A DNA stretch of 64,000 nucleotides from a bacterium (GTDB lineage Bacteria > JACRDZ01 > JAQUKH01). Positions 1 through 9,294 of this stretch are shown here, one piece after another. Position 1 is the first letter of the stretch. Every line of letters begins with the position of its first letter. Below the pieces are notes generated by a model. That model made no database searches. It had not been told where the DNA came from and saw nothing but the letters and a program-made list of their open reading frames with translations. The DNA lies in the NCBI GenBank assembly GCA_028719205.1, contig JAQUKH010000006.1:1-64000 (forward strand), given 5' to 3'. The translations under genes were made by a program, and so were the position numbers.

Positions 1-494
1 AGGGCAGAAATTGTAAACATGATAGAAATACGGCGGTTACGCGTCCAAACATCAAGAATAACCGCGATGTTGAGAGGTAAGGCGATTTCCAATATACCGA
101 CAACGGTATCTCGGGGTAAATTGATTCCCATGTCACCGGCAGCGGCAACGCGATCAAGATTGAATAACTGCAGCCGCGGCATAAGGTTATTAAACAAGAG
201 GCCAAGCTGATTAAGTATATTGAATTTGGAAGGATGAGCCGTAAAATCATTTTGTGTGTCAAAGTAGAAGGCAAACAAAGCCGCGGCGACCAAAAACACC
301 TGTGTTAACCTGGTAAGCAATTGATCCTCGCCTCTAAGCATGACTATGACAATATACAAAAAGATGCCAAAAACGATAAGCATAAATTTAGTCAGGCTGT
401 ATTCCGGGCTGTAAGAAAAGCGGACTCCCGCCATTCCGCTGAGGAAAAACAAGGCCAGCGGTAAAATAAACGGAATTTTAGAGTTGATTCGCAT
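1..494 (-). CDS. Polytopic membrane protein, N-terminal part only (runs off the window); possibly O-antigen ligase/polymerase-like
   Basis: Translated by hand and absent from the ORF track: ATG at 494, MRINSKIPFILPLALFFLSGMAGVRFSYSPEYSLTKFMLIVFGIFLYIVIVML..., open to position 1 with several hydrophobic segments. The family call is a guess. Confidence 0.6.
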   Translation of the reverse strand, partial: MRINSKIPFILPLALFFLSGMAGVRFSYSPEYSLTKFMLIVFGIFLYIVIVMLRGEDQLLTRLTQVFLVAAALFAFYFDTQNDFTAHPSKFNILNQLGLLFNNLMPRLQLFNLDRVAAAGDMGINLPRDTVVGILEIALPLNIAVILDVWTRNRRISIMFTISA

Positions 495-572
495 GCATCA
501 TTTAACCACATAAAATTTAAAAAGTCAAAAAAATATAGAGGATATCATAATCATTTGTTATACTTAAAGCAA

Positions 573-1355
573 ATGCGTTATAAATATTTTTTTATCTTTA
601 TTTTTATATTTTATCCATTGATCATTTTCGCGGAGGATCTTGCGCCGCGCGTAATTATGCAGAAGGTGGTTGACCAGTTTAAGCCGGAGACGGAGGTTCA
701 GGAAATAGAAATGATTCTGATAGATAAAGACGGCAAACAATGGGTCCGCACAGGCACATTTTACAGCAAAAAGAAAACACAAAAAGATGATATGCATCTT
801 TTTATTTTTCATTCTCCGCCGGATCTGGATAAGAGCGGGGTTCTGACCATTGAAAACACTGCAGGTGAGGATGACCAGTGGATGTATGTTCCCGCGTACC
901 ATACTGTCCGGAGGATCCCTCCTAATAGCCGCGGAAGCCAGTATATGGGTACGGATTTTTATTACGAGGATATAATCAAGCCCCGTCCGGAAGAATACGA
1001 ATACACAATTACAGGGAAAGAAAAAATTAACGGGACAGTTTGTACTATTATAAGTTCCATTCCCATCTCAGGCCGCCTCAAAAAGGAATCGGGTTATGGA
1101 AAGATCATCGCGTGGATTGATGAAAACAAATATGTTATTTTAAAGCAGGAACTTTATAATAAAAATAATGAGTTGATAAAGATCCTGACAAGTTCTGAGC
1201 TTGTGAAATATAAAAATTCATACTATTGGAATAAACGTGAAATGGTAACAGCGGCAACAAACCATAAAACAATCATTGAAAATAAAAAAGTTGTAATTGA
1301 CGGGCCGCTTGATGATGCGATTTTTACTGTAAGGTTCCTGAAGAGGGGAAAATAA
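573..1355 (+). CDS. Outer-membrane lipoprotein-sorting protein (LolA-like fold, DUF1329/TP0789-like)
   Basis: Signal peptide; motifs DDQWMYVPA, VRRI, YMGTDFYYED and C-terminal FTVRFL are typical of this family. ATG at 573 preferred over TTG at 555. Confidence 0.8.
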   Translation: MRYKYFFIFIFIFYPLIIFAEDLAPRVIMQKVVDQFKPETEVQEIEMILIDKDGKQWVRTGTFYSKKKTQKDDMHLFIFHSPPDLDKSGVLTIENTAGEDDQWMYVPAYHTVRRIPPNSRGSQYMGTDFYYEDIIKPRPEEYEYTITGKEKINGTVCTIISSIPISGRLKKESGYGKIIAWIDENKYVILKQELYNKNNELIKILTSSELVKYKNSYYWNKREMVTAATNHKTIIENKKVVIDGPLDDAIFTVRFLKRGK

Positions 1356-1389
1356 AATAGTTGCAAGTCACAAGTTAAAATTAAATACT

Positions 1390-2700
1390 ATGGTGAAAAT
1401 ATATTATTTGTCACTCTCATTTCTATTTGTTTGTTCTGTTTGTGTTTCCTATGCCGGAGAGAGTAAAACCAGTGGGAGTATAGATTATAGGTTCGGATAT
1501 TATATGAATGACATGGAGAATGATGGATTTTCCCGTAAATGGCCTGAAATAGATTTCAGGCCTAAATATGAGAATGGTTTTTCTTCAGGCATACATGGCT
1601 ATTTTGAAGGAAAACTCAGGTATAATTTTTCGGATAAAATAAGGAACCGTTATATTTTGAATGAGGGATATTTTGATCTTTACTTGAACGATCTTGATAT
1701 TCGCCTCGGGCGTCAGATCATTTCATGGGGCAGGGCGGATACATTTAAACCGACAGATCAATTTAAGATCTATGACTATACTGATTTTACAAAACAAGAC
1801 GAAGAAGGGATTTTAGCATTAAAGGCTGATTTTTTTTCCCCGGGCTTTGAATTGGAAGGTGTTTTTGTCCCGGAGTTTACTAAAAATTATATTGTTTATT
1901 CTGAGAAAAACAGATGGTTGCCATTAACCCTGCCTTCAAACATCCCATCAAATTTCAAAATCAGAGATGAAGAGGACGCGTCCGGCGAACCTGAACCGGA
2001 TTTATCCTCCCTGCAATACGGGTTTAGATTAAATCATGAAGGCCGGGGATTTGATTATGCCGTGTCTTATTCCGTGACTTACGACCATACGCCGGTTTAT
2101 TTGGACGGCTATCTGAAATCAATTGATACCACAGCGAATGAAGCGGTTTATGCTGTAAAACCGGAATATTCAAGGATCCAGACGATAGGTTTTGACTGGG
2201 CGACATTTTTATCCGAATACGGCCTGCGGGGCGAGATGGCATATACATTAACCAAAGACAGAAAAGGTGAAAAAAAGGATATTGATGATCCTTATTTTGA
2301 GATGGTTTCAGGGATCGACCATACCTTTGAGAGGGTGATAGGGCGGATAAATATTTTTATTCTGGCGGAATATGTGTTAGACAGGGAAATGCCGGTAAGA
2401 GGGGATGAAAATCAGGTTGAGAACGGTTTAAAACATTTTTTGAGGCAGGGGATTATAATAAATTCCGAATTTAAGAAAGATGATACAAAAAAATTGAATG
2501 TTAAATGGATCTATAATCTGGAAAAAAGAGATTATCTCCTTCAACCGGAATTCAAATTTATCCCGCCTCAGAAAAATTCAAGTAGAACCTCAAAAGAAAT
2601 TTATATCAGGGCGGATGTTTTAAGCGGCCGCATTGGGACTTTTTTTGGAACGTTCAGGAAAAACGATAAAGTTGAAGCAGGTATAAAGGTATATTTCTAA
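1390..2700 (+). CDS. Outer-membrane beta-barrel protein (DUF1302-like)
   Basis: Signal peptide, LGRQIISWGRAD motif, C-terminal aromatic residue (KVYF); follows the LolA-like gene. Confidence 0.7.
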   Translation: MVKIYYLSLSFLFVCSVCVSYAGESKTSGSIDYRFGYYMNDMENDGFSRKWPEIDFRPKYENGFSSGIHGYFEGKLRYNFSDKIRNRYILNEGYFDLYLNDLDIRLGRQIISWGRADTFKPTDQFKIYDYTDFTKQDEEGILALKADFFSPGFELEGVFVPEFTKNYIVYSEKNRWLPLTLPSNIPSNFKIRDEEDASGEPEPDLSSLQYGFRLNHEGRGFDYAVSYSVTYDHTPVYLDGYLKSIDTTANEAVYAVKPEYSRIQTIGFDWATFLSEYGLRGEMAYTLTKDRKGEKKDIDDPYFEMVSGIDHTFERVIGRINIFILAEYVLDREMPVRGDENQVENGLKHFLRQGIIINSEFKKDDTKKLNVKWIYNLEKRDYLLQPEFKFIPPQKNSSRTSKEIYIRADVLSGRIGTFFGTFRKNDKVEAGIKVYF

Positions 2701-2702
2701 AA

Positions 2703-2765
2703 GGTCACAACGTCACCAGTAAAGACTTTATCACTTGTGACCTGGTGACTTTGCAACTGGTGACT
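2703..2765. repeat. Degenerate heptamer repeats (GTCACAA/GTCACCA and reverse complements) between convergent genes
   Basis: gtcacaacgtcaccagt ... acttgtgacctggtgactttgcaactggtgac; related units at about 1361-1376 and 29242-29265. Confidence 0.6.
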
Positions 2766-3249
2766 TATTTGCGCATTCAGCCACTTCGCCTTTTATTGAA
2801 TAAACTGCGTGGGGAATTGCGGGAAGGATCACCTCAAGGCATTCCTTAACCGCCTTGGGGCTTCCCGGAAGATTAATTATCAGGGTTTTCTTTGCGATGC
2901 CGCAAATTCCTCTTGAAATAATACTGAAAGGGGTATTTTTCAGGTTCTGGATGCGCATTGCCTCGCTGAATCCGGGCAGTGGTTTTTCAATAACTTCAAA
3001 GGTAGCTTCAGGAGTAACGTCCCGTGGCCCAAGCCCCGTTCCTCCGGTAGTAAAGATCAGGTCAAAATTATTTTTAATAAAATTTTTAAGTTCTTTTATA
3101 ATAAGTTTTTTTTCATCAGGAATAATAATAATATTTCCAACGGAATAAATTTTATTATTAAGCGCCTTTTCTATACCCGGCCCGCTTGTGTCTATTCGTT
3201 CCCCGCGGGAACCTTTATCACTTACAGTGATTATGGCAACCTTAATCAT
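2731..3249 (-). CDS. mog: Molybdopterin adenylyltransferase (MogA/MoaB family)
   Basis: ITVSDKG, D.SGP, TTGGTGLGPRDVTPEAT, NLPGSPKAV. Start at 3249 overlaps the pfk stop. Confidence 0.9.
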   Translation of the reverse strand: MIKVAIITVSDKGSRGERIDTSGPGIEKALNNKIYSVGNIIIIPDEKKLIIKELKNFIKNNFDLIFTTGGTGLGPRDVTPEATFEVIEKPLPGFSEAMRIQNLKNTPFSIISRGICGIAKKTLIINLPGSPKAVKECLEVILPAIPHAVYSIKGEVAECANKSPVAKSPGHK

Positions 3250-4288
3250 ATTCAAAAAACACCTTTGCCAGGTCATAAAATTCCGGCGGAACAGTTTTAA
3301 GTTTTCCTAAAACTTCTTTTAAAGGGACGGGAACAATTTTATTATTTTGCAGACCCACCATAAATCCGAATTTATTCTCATGGACAAGGTCAATAGCCGC
3401 AAGCCCGAAACGGGTGGCCAGGATCCTGTCAAAAGCTGTAGGTGATCCGCCGCGCTGGGTATGACCTAAAACAGTTACCCTGGTCTCAAATCCGGTATTT
3501 TTTTCTATTTCTTTACTCAGGATGTCACCTATTCCGCCAAGCCTTTCATGCCCGAAATCATCCTTTTGTTTGGCTGTTGTTGAGAGTTTTCCTATGTTTA
3601 TTTCTTTAGCGCCTTCTGATACAACAACTACGCTGAAATGTTTTCCTTTATTGTGGCGGTTTTTAAGATGCTGACAGACTTTTTCGAGATCAAAAGGCTC
3701 TTCAGGTATCAGAATAAGGTCCGCGCCGCCCGCGATGCCTCCGTAAGTCGCAAGCCAACCCGCGTGCCGGCCCATTACCTCCAAAACCATGATCCTGTGA
3801 TGTGATTCAGCGGTGGTATGAAGACGGTCTATTGCCTCGGTGATAATACTTACCGCGGTATCAAATCCAAAGGTATATTCTGTTCCGAAAAGGTCATTAT
3901 CAATTGTTTTAGGGATACCCACGACATTTATCCCCTCGACAAAAAGTTTTGCCGCCGCGCCGATAGTATCTTCTCCGCCGATCGCGACAATAACATCAAG
4001 CCCGAATTTTTTAATTGTTTTCTTGATATTCTCTATCCCGTTCTCTTTTTTATACGGATTGGTCCGTGAGGTGCCTAAGATCGTTCCGCCCTTGTGAAGG
4101 ATACCGGATATGCTATCCATTGTTAACGGGGATATGTCTCCATTGATCAGTCCCGCCCAGCCGTTTTTTATCCCGAACATTTCGTAATTGTAGAATTTAA
4201 TTCCTTTACGCACGACCGCGCGGATAGCCGCGTTAAGCCCCGGGCAGTCACCGCCGCCGGTAAGAATTCCGATCTTTTTTGTGGACAT
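3242..4288 (-). CDS. pfkA: 6-phosphofructokinase, probably PPi-dependent
   Basis: ILTGGGDCPGLN, GGEDT, PKTIDND, EVMGRHAG, LGHTQRGG; SD AAGGAGGG upstream of ATG 4288. Confidence 0.9.
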   Translation of the reverse strand: MSTKKIGILTGGGDCPGLNAAIRAVVRKGIKFYNYEMFGIKNGWAGLINGDISPLTMDSISGILHKGGTILGTSRTNPYKKENGIENIKKTIKKFGLDVIVAIGGEDTIGAAAKLFVEGINVVGIPKTIDNDLFGTEYTFGFDTAVSIITEAIDRLHTTAESHHRIMVLEVMGRHAGWLATYGGIAGGADLILIPEEPFDLEKVCQHLKNRHNKGKHFSVVVVSEGAKEINIGKLSTTAKQKDDFGHERLGGIGDILSKEIEKNTGFETRVTVLGHTQRGGSPTAFDRILATRFGLAAIDLVHENKFGFMVGLQNNKIVPVPLKEVLGKLKTVPPEFYDLAKVFFEYD

Positions 4289-4310
4289 ACTTATTCCCTC
4301 CTTGATTTTA

Positions 4311-4339
4311 ATTGTATTAAATATTTTTTCTATTGTCAA
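4311..4339 (-). promoter_or_regulatory. Sigma70-type promoter for pfk-mog
   Basis: TTGACA (4339-4334), 17-nt spacer, TACAAT (4316-4311) on the minus strand. Confidence 0.6.
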
Positions 4340-4446
4340 TAAATTAAGAAAACACGATTTTTCTTGACTAAGGAAAAAGCTTATAATATTATTATATCGG
4401 TAAATCCCGGATAAATTCTAAATAATTTTTTTAATATGAGAAAAAA

Positions 4447-4650
4447 ATGAAAAAAATAAGTTCGCGAAAAGTAGAAAAAGATATTCTGGCTCTCTTGAAT
4501 GAATTAAACGCTAAAATGGATACACTGGTGCTAAATCAAAAGACATTAGAGAGAAGAGTCGGGTATTTGAAAGGTGAGCTCCTTTTTTCTCTAAGAGAAG
4601 AGATAGTCGGTGAATCAGATATTCATCCGAACTATTATGTGGACAGATAA
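4447..4650 (+). CDS. Small hypothetical coiled-coil protein
   Basis: 67-aa ORF preceded by TTGACT-N17-TATTAT (4364-4392). Confidence 0.55.
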   Translation: MKKISSRKVEKDILALLNELNAKMDTLVLNQKTLERRVGYLKGELLFSLREEIVGESDIHPNYYVDR

Positions 4651-4735
4651 ACTTGAGTTAAATGGTCTGCCACTTTTTCTCAATGCCACCCGCCTTTAAA
4701 AAATTTATAATAAAAAATAAAAAACATGGTTAATA

Positions 4736-5317
4736 ATGTTTGAAAAAGAGCTTTGGAAGAAATTAATTGACATTTCTCCGCAGGAGATAAGTGTTAACTC
4801 AAGGGCTGTATATGATCCTGTTACGAAACAGATCTGCGTTAATGTATTTAACGAAAAATTTACTGTTGACCTGGAAAAACAAATAATTACAAGTTCCGCT
4901 CAGGGAAAGGTATCGCCTCTCTTACCTTTATTTCTTCTCCATTATTTAGCCTGCTCAAAAGATATCCCGCTTTGTAATACACTGGCTTCTCCGCATCAAT
5001 TGAAAGGCGGAATATTTTTTTTCAGGGGAGCTCATGAACTACCGCTTGATAAGATAGCCGAAAAATTTGGAAATGATCTTGAAAAATTTTTAGAAAAAGG
5101 TAAAAAATTGGGCGGAGAAAAAGTCAAATTCGGCGATGCCGCTGTAAAATTAAATTTACTTCCAAGAATTCCGGTTATTTTTATTATTTGGAAAAAAGAT
5201 GAAGAATTTGAGAGCCAGGTTAATTTAATTCTTGATAAAAGCGTTGAAGAACAGATGAATCTGGATATTTTATTTCTGGGGCTTATTTACGCAATAGGAA
5301 AAATACTGGAGGTTTAA
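4736..5317 (+). CDS. DUF3786-like protein
   Basis: LLHYL, L.GG.FFFRG.H, GDAAV...LPRIP....W..DEEF pattern. Confidence 0.75.
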   Translation: MFEKELWKKLIDISPQEISVNSRAVYDPVTKQICVNVFNEKFTVDLEKQIITSSAQGKVSPLLPLFLLHYLACSKDIPLCNTLASPHQLKGGIFFFRGAHELPLDKIAEKFGNDLEKFLEKGKKLGGEKVKFGDAAVKLNLLPRIPVIFIIWKKDEEFESQVNLILDKSVEEQMNLDILFLGLIYAIGKILEV

Positions 5318-5365
5318 ATTCCAATTTTATAATTTTTGCTTAATATCAAACGATAAACGCAAAAG

Positions 5366-5434
5366 CTATAAAAAAAACGTATAAGTTACAGCAAGAATAA
5401 TAAACACCAAACCTAATACTCCGAACATTGGCAT
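5366..5434 (-). CDS. Putative 22-aa hydrophobic small protein MPMFGVLGLVFIILAVTYTFFL
   Basis: Perfect SD TAAGGAGGT a few nt upstream of ATG 5434; below the ORF-track cutoff. Confidence 0.45.
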   Translation of the reverse strand: MPMFGVLGLVFIILAVTYTFFL

Positions 5435-5539
5435 GTATTACCTCCTTATTTCAATGTTTTTTTGTAACAACCCTCCTATTCAAATGGCCACATAAGTATT
5501 ATCCGATAGAAATTAGTCTTTGTCAATAAAAACTTATAA

Positions 5540-6994
5540 TTATATAAATTTTTCTATGCGTTTAAGGCAGGTTTCTTTTGTTAAAAGCGGGATTATCTGG
5601 ACAAGTTCCGGGCCATGCAGGTCGCCGGTTAAAGCGGCGCGGACAGGCATATAAAGATCTTTGCCTTTTATACCGGATTCTTTTTGTATTTCTTTTGCCA
5701 ATTTCTGAAAATTTTCAACTGAAATTGTTTCTTCGTTTTTTATCTTTTCACGCCAAAGGTTCAGCGCTTTTCTTGAAAGCTCGGTTTTTAGCAGTTCTTC
5801 CGCTTCTTTTTCCAATGTGCCTGTTTTGTCAAAAAATATTGAACATAATTTTGGTATTTCAGAAATGTGATGTATATGATTTTTTGTAGTTTCAACCACC
5901 TTGCAAAGCCAGGGCCAGTCAACGTCCGGTCTTTCCTTTATCAATCCTTCTTTTATCAGGAACGGCAGGGCCATTTCAGCAATTGTGTTAATATCAAATT
6001 TTAACAAATGCTGGCCGTTTACCCAGTCTAATTTCTGCAGGTCGAAAATGGCAGGGCTTTTTGAAACACGGTCCAGATCAAACTGCTCTATCAATTCTTT
6101 ACGGGAAAGGATCTCTTCAACCTTTCCATCCTTTTCTTTCGGCGACCATCCGAGCATCGCAAGATAATTTAAAAGCCCGTCCGGTAAATATCCATCAGAG
6201 ATATATTCAGTTATCGATGTATGGCTGTCCCGTTTGCTTAATTTAGCGCGGTCTTTTCCGAGGATAAGGGAAAGATGCCCGAAATGAGGCGTTTTAAAAT
6301 CAAGCGCCTGATAGATCATTACCTGCCTGCGGGTATTCGGAAGGTGTTCTTCCCCGCGTAAAACGTGTGATATTTCCATCAGGTGGTCATCGATCACCGC
6401 GGCGTAGTTATAGGTTGGAAGCCCCTGAGAGCGTATGATAATAAAATCTCCGACCATTTCCCCCCGGAGATTAACTTCACCGCGTATCAGATCCTGAATT
6501 ATTATATCTTCACGTGACGCGATAAACCTGATCGACGGTTTACGGTTTTCCTTAATAAATTTATTTTTTTCATTTTCTGAAAGATTTTTGCAGTGGCCGT
6601 CATATTGAGGTACCCTGCCTTCTTTTAAGGCAAGTTCTTTTTTCGCGTTTAATTCTTCATCCGTGCAAAAACAATAATATGCCTTATTTTCTTTAATTAA
6701 TTTCCGGGCGTAATCATTATATATATGCAGCCGCTCAGATTGCCGGTAAGGCGCGTGCGGCCCGCCGATGTCTGGGCCTTCGTCCCAGTTAAGTCCAAGC
6801 CAGGATAAGTCTTCCAATAAAGTTTTCTCCGATTCCTTAGTAGAACGCGCAATATCTGTATCCTCGATACGCAGTATAAAAGTCCCGCCGTGATGCCTTG
6901 CAAAAAGCCAGTTATACAGGCAGGTTCTTACCCCGCCGACATGAAGATTCCCTGTCGGGCTTGGCGCGAATCGGACTCGTATTTTGTTTGACAT
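5540..6994 (-). CDS. gltX: Glutamate--tRNA ligase
   Basis: RVRFAPSPTGNLHVGG (HIGH motif), LRIEDTD, KLSKR (KMSKS motif). Confidence 0.97.
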   Translation of the reverse strand: MSNKIRVRFAPSPTGNLHVGGVRTCLYNWLFARHHGGTFILRIEDTDIARSTKESEKTLLEDLSWLGLNWDEGPDIGGPHAPYRQSERLHIYNDYARKLIKENKAYYCFCTDEELNAKKELALKEGRVPQYDGHCKNLSENEKNKFIKENRKPSIRFIASREDIIIQDLIRGEVNLRGEMVGDFIIIRSQGLPTYNYAAVIDDHLMEISHVLRGEEHLPNTRRQVMIYQALDFKTPHFGHLSLILGKDRAKLSKRDSHTSITEYISDGYLPDGLLNYLAMLGWSPKEKDGKVEEILSRKELIEQFDLDRVSKSPAIFDLQKLDWVNGQHLLKFDINTIAEMALPFLIKEGLIKERPDVDWPWLCKVVETTKNHIHHISEIPKLCSIFFDKTGTLEKEAEELLKTELSRKALNLWREKIKNEETISVENFQKLAKEIQKESGIKGKDLYMPVRAALTGDLHGPELVQIIPLLTKETCLKRIEKFI

Positions 6995-7001
6995 AGCGAG
7001 A

Positions 7002-7082
7002 ATAATACCACATTTTCAGATAAGTTCAATACATTTTCGTTAGTTTTCATTAGTTGACATCTCTTTTTTTTTGGGGTATATT
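7002..7082. promoter_or_regulatory. Divergent promoters for gltX and rel, both positioned for leaderless transcripts
   Basis: Plus strand: TTGACA (7054)-N17-TATATT (7077-7082), with ATG at 7089. Minus strand: TTGAAC-N16-TATTAT (7007-7002) with an extended -10 TG, and ATG at 6994. Confidence 0.6.
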
Positions 7083-7088
7083 AATTTT

Positions 7089-9215
7089 ATGAATTTGCAG
7101 AATTTACTGGAAAAGGTTCAGGAAATTAATCCCAACGCGGATCTTACCCTCATAAAACTTTCATATAACATAGCGGAAAAGGTACACCGGGAACAGAAAA
7201 GGGAGTCAGGCGATCCTTATCTTGTTCACCCTCTTCGTGTCGCGGAGATCCTGGCTGACTGGGATATGGATGTTGTTACTGTGTCAGCGGGCATACTTCA
7301 TGATATTTTAGAAGAGTCTTTAATTATACCGGAAGAGATCAGAAGATATATGGGGAATGAAGTTTATCATCTGGTAGAAGGCGTGACTAAAATAAGTAAA
7401 CTGGAACTGCCTTCATTTGAAGAGCGCCAGGTGGAAAACCTGCGCAAAATGCTTCTTGCTATGACCCAGGATATTCGAGTTATTATTATTAAGCTGGCGG
7501 ACCGGCTTGATAATATGAGGACCTTGGAATTTTTGTCTCCCCAAAGGCAAAAAAAGATAGCCCATGAAACCCTTGATATATACGCGCCTATCGCGCACCG
7601 CCTTGGAATGGGAAAAGTAAGAGCGGAGCTGGAAGACCTGAGTTTCATGACCCTGGAACCAAAAAGTTATAATGAGCTGAGTGAGAAGGTAAATGAAAAA
7701 AGGGAAGAAAGAGAAGCTAAGATCAAGGAGATCACAGATATCCTTGAAAAAAAATTAAAAGAAGCAAATATTAAAGCGCGCATAAAAGGCAGGGCAAAAC
7801 ATTATTACAGCATATATCAAAAAATACATAACGAAAACAGGAGTTTTTCTGATATTTATGACCTTACGGCCGTGCGTATTATTACTGAATCGGTTAAAGA
7901 TTGTTACGCGGCATTGGGAATAGTCCACACATTATGGAAACCGGTTCCCGGCAGGTTTAAGGATTTTATCGCGATGCCGAAATCCAATATGTATCAGTCA
8001 CTGCATACTTCTATTTTGGGTAACCGGGGAGAAGCGTTTGAGATACAGATCAGGACTGAGGAAATGCACAGGATTTCAGAATACGGTATCGCGGCTCACT
8101 GGAAATATAAAGAAAAGAAAGGCGTTATCGAAAAAGATGACCAGAAATTTGCGTGGATCAGCCAGCTTCTGGAAATGTCTCCGGATAAAAAAGATCCTAA
8201 TGAACTGATACGAAACCTGAAGATAGATCTTTATCAAAATGAGGTTTTTGTTTTTACTCCAAAGGGTACCGTAAAAAGCCTCCCGCAAGGGTCAAATGTT
8301 ATAGATTTCGCGTACGCGGTCCATACGGATGTCGGACATAATTGTGTCGGCGCGAAGGTGAACGGCAGGATGGTGCCGTTAAAATACAAAATAAAAAACG
8401 GCGACATAATACAGGTTTTAACTATGCCTACCCACCGGCCGAGCCGGGACTGGCTTAAGATCGTTAAGACAGGCAAGGCGAGGACCAAAATACGGCAATG
8501 GTTTAAATCTCAGGATGAAGATGAAAGTACTAATCAGGGTAAAGAAGTTTTGGAACGGGAATTAAAAAAGGAAAATATAAGCCTTGCTAATTTTATAAAG
8601 TCAGGCGACATTTTAAAAGTTACCCAGGAATTTAAACTTAAAAGCATAAATGAGCTTTTTACCAATATAGGTTACGGAGAATTGTCGGTAAGGCAGGTAA
8701 TTAACCGTCTTTTGCCTGACAGGCCTTCTTTAACCGCGAAGGTTGGAGTGCCGGATAAGAAGGCATCAAGCGGGATAATAATTGATGGGATGGATAATTG
8801 TCTGGTCCATTTTGGACGATGTTGCAGCCCGATCCCGGGTGATGCCATAGTTGGTTTTATAACCCGCGGGCGCGGGGTATCAATTCACCGGCAGGATTGC
8901 CCGAATTTATTCAGTTTCAGCCTGGAGCCAGAGAGAAAAGTAAAGATCAAATGGGATACCGCGAAGGTTTCGACTTACGAAGTGAATATAGATGTATTGG
9001 CTTATAACCGTGTCAAATTGCTGGCCGATATTTCTACGGCAATTTCGGAGATGGGTACCGCTATTACTTCCGCTTCCGCGCAGTCGGGCCCGAATAATTT
9101 AGCTAACTCGAGGTTTGTCGTTGAAATAAAAAATCACGAACATCTGAACCAGGTGATAGAAAATATCAAAAAGATCAAAGATGTAATCAAGGTCACAAGG
9201 TCGGAACCGAAATAA
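7089..9215 (+). CDS. rel: Bifunctional (p)ppGpp synthetase/hydrolase Rel (RelA/SpoT)
   Basis: HD hydrolase (R.SGDPYLVHP, LHDILE), synthetase (YQSLHT, EIQIRT), TGS (DFAYAVHT), zinc finger and ACT domains. Confidence 0.97.
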   Translation: MNLQNLLEKVQEINPNADLTLIKLSYNIAEKVHREQKRESGDPYLVHPLRVAEILADWDMDVVTVSAGILHDILEESLIIPEEIRRYMGNEVYHLVEGVTKISKLELPSFEERQVENLRKMLLAMTQDIRVIIIKLADRLDNMRTLEFLSPQRQKKIAHETLDIYAPIAHRLGMGKVRAELEDLSFMTLEPKSYNELSEKVNEKREEREAKIKEITDILEKKLKEANIKARIKGRAKHYYSIYQKIHNENRSFSDIYDLTAVRIITESVKDCYAALGIVHTLWKPVPGRFKDFIAMPKSNMYQSLHTSILGNRGEAFEIQIRTEEMHRISEYGIAAHWKYKEKKGVIEKDDQKFAWISQLLEMSPDKKDPNELIRNLKIDLYQNEVFVFTPKGTVKSLPQGSNVIDFAYAVHTDVGHNCVGAKVNGRMVPLKYKIKNGDIIQVLTMPTHRPSRDWLKIVKTGKARTKIRQWFKSQDEDESTNQGKEVLERELKKENISLANFIKSGDILKVTQEFKLKSINELFTNIGYGELSVRQVINRLLPDRPSLTAKVGVPDKKASSGIIIDGMDNCLVHFGRCCSPIPGDAIVGFITRGRGVSIHRQDCPNLFSFSLEPERKVKIKWDTAKVSTYEVNIDVLAYNRVKLLADISTAISEMGTAITSASAQSGPNNLANSRFVVEIKNHEHLNQVIENIKKIKDVIKVTRSEPK

Positions 9216-9217
9216 AA

Positions 9218-9246
9218 TTGACAATCGTGTGTTTTTTTAATAAAAT
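9218..9246 (+). promoter_or_regulatory. Sigma70 promoter of the central-carbon operon
   Basis: TTGACA-N17-TAAAAT. Confidence 0.65.
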
Positions 9247-9294
9247 AAATAGTTTAGATGAAAATCATATAAATAGTTTTTGAAAGGGAGAAAA

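Noticed and set aside
19-210. 63-aa plus-strand ORF
   Set aside because: Antisense to the longer minus-strand membrane-protein ORF starting at 494.
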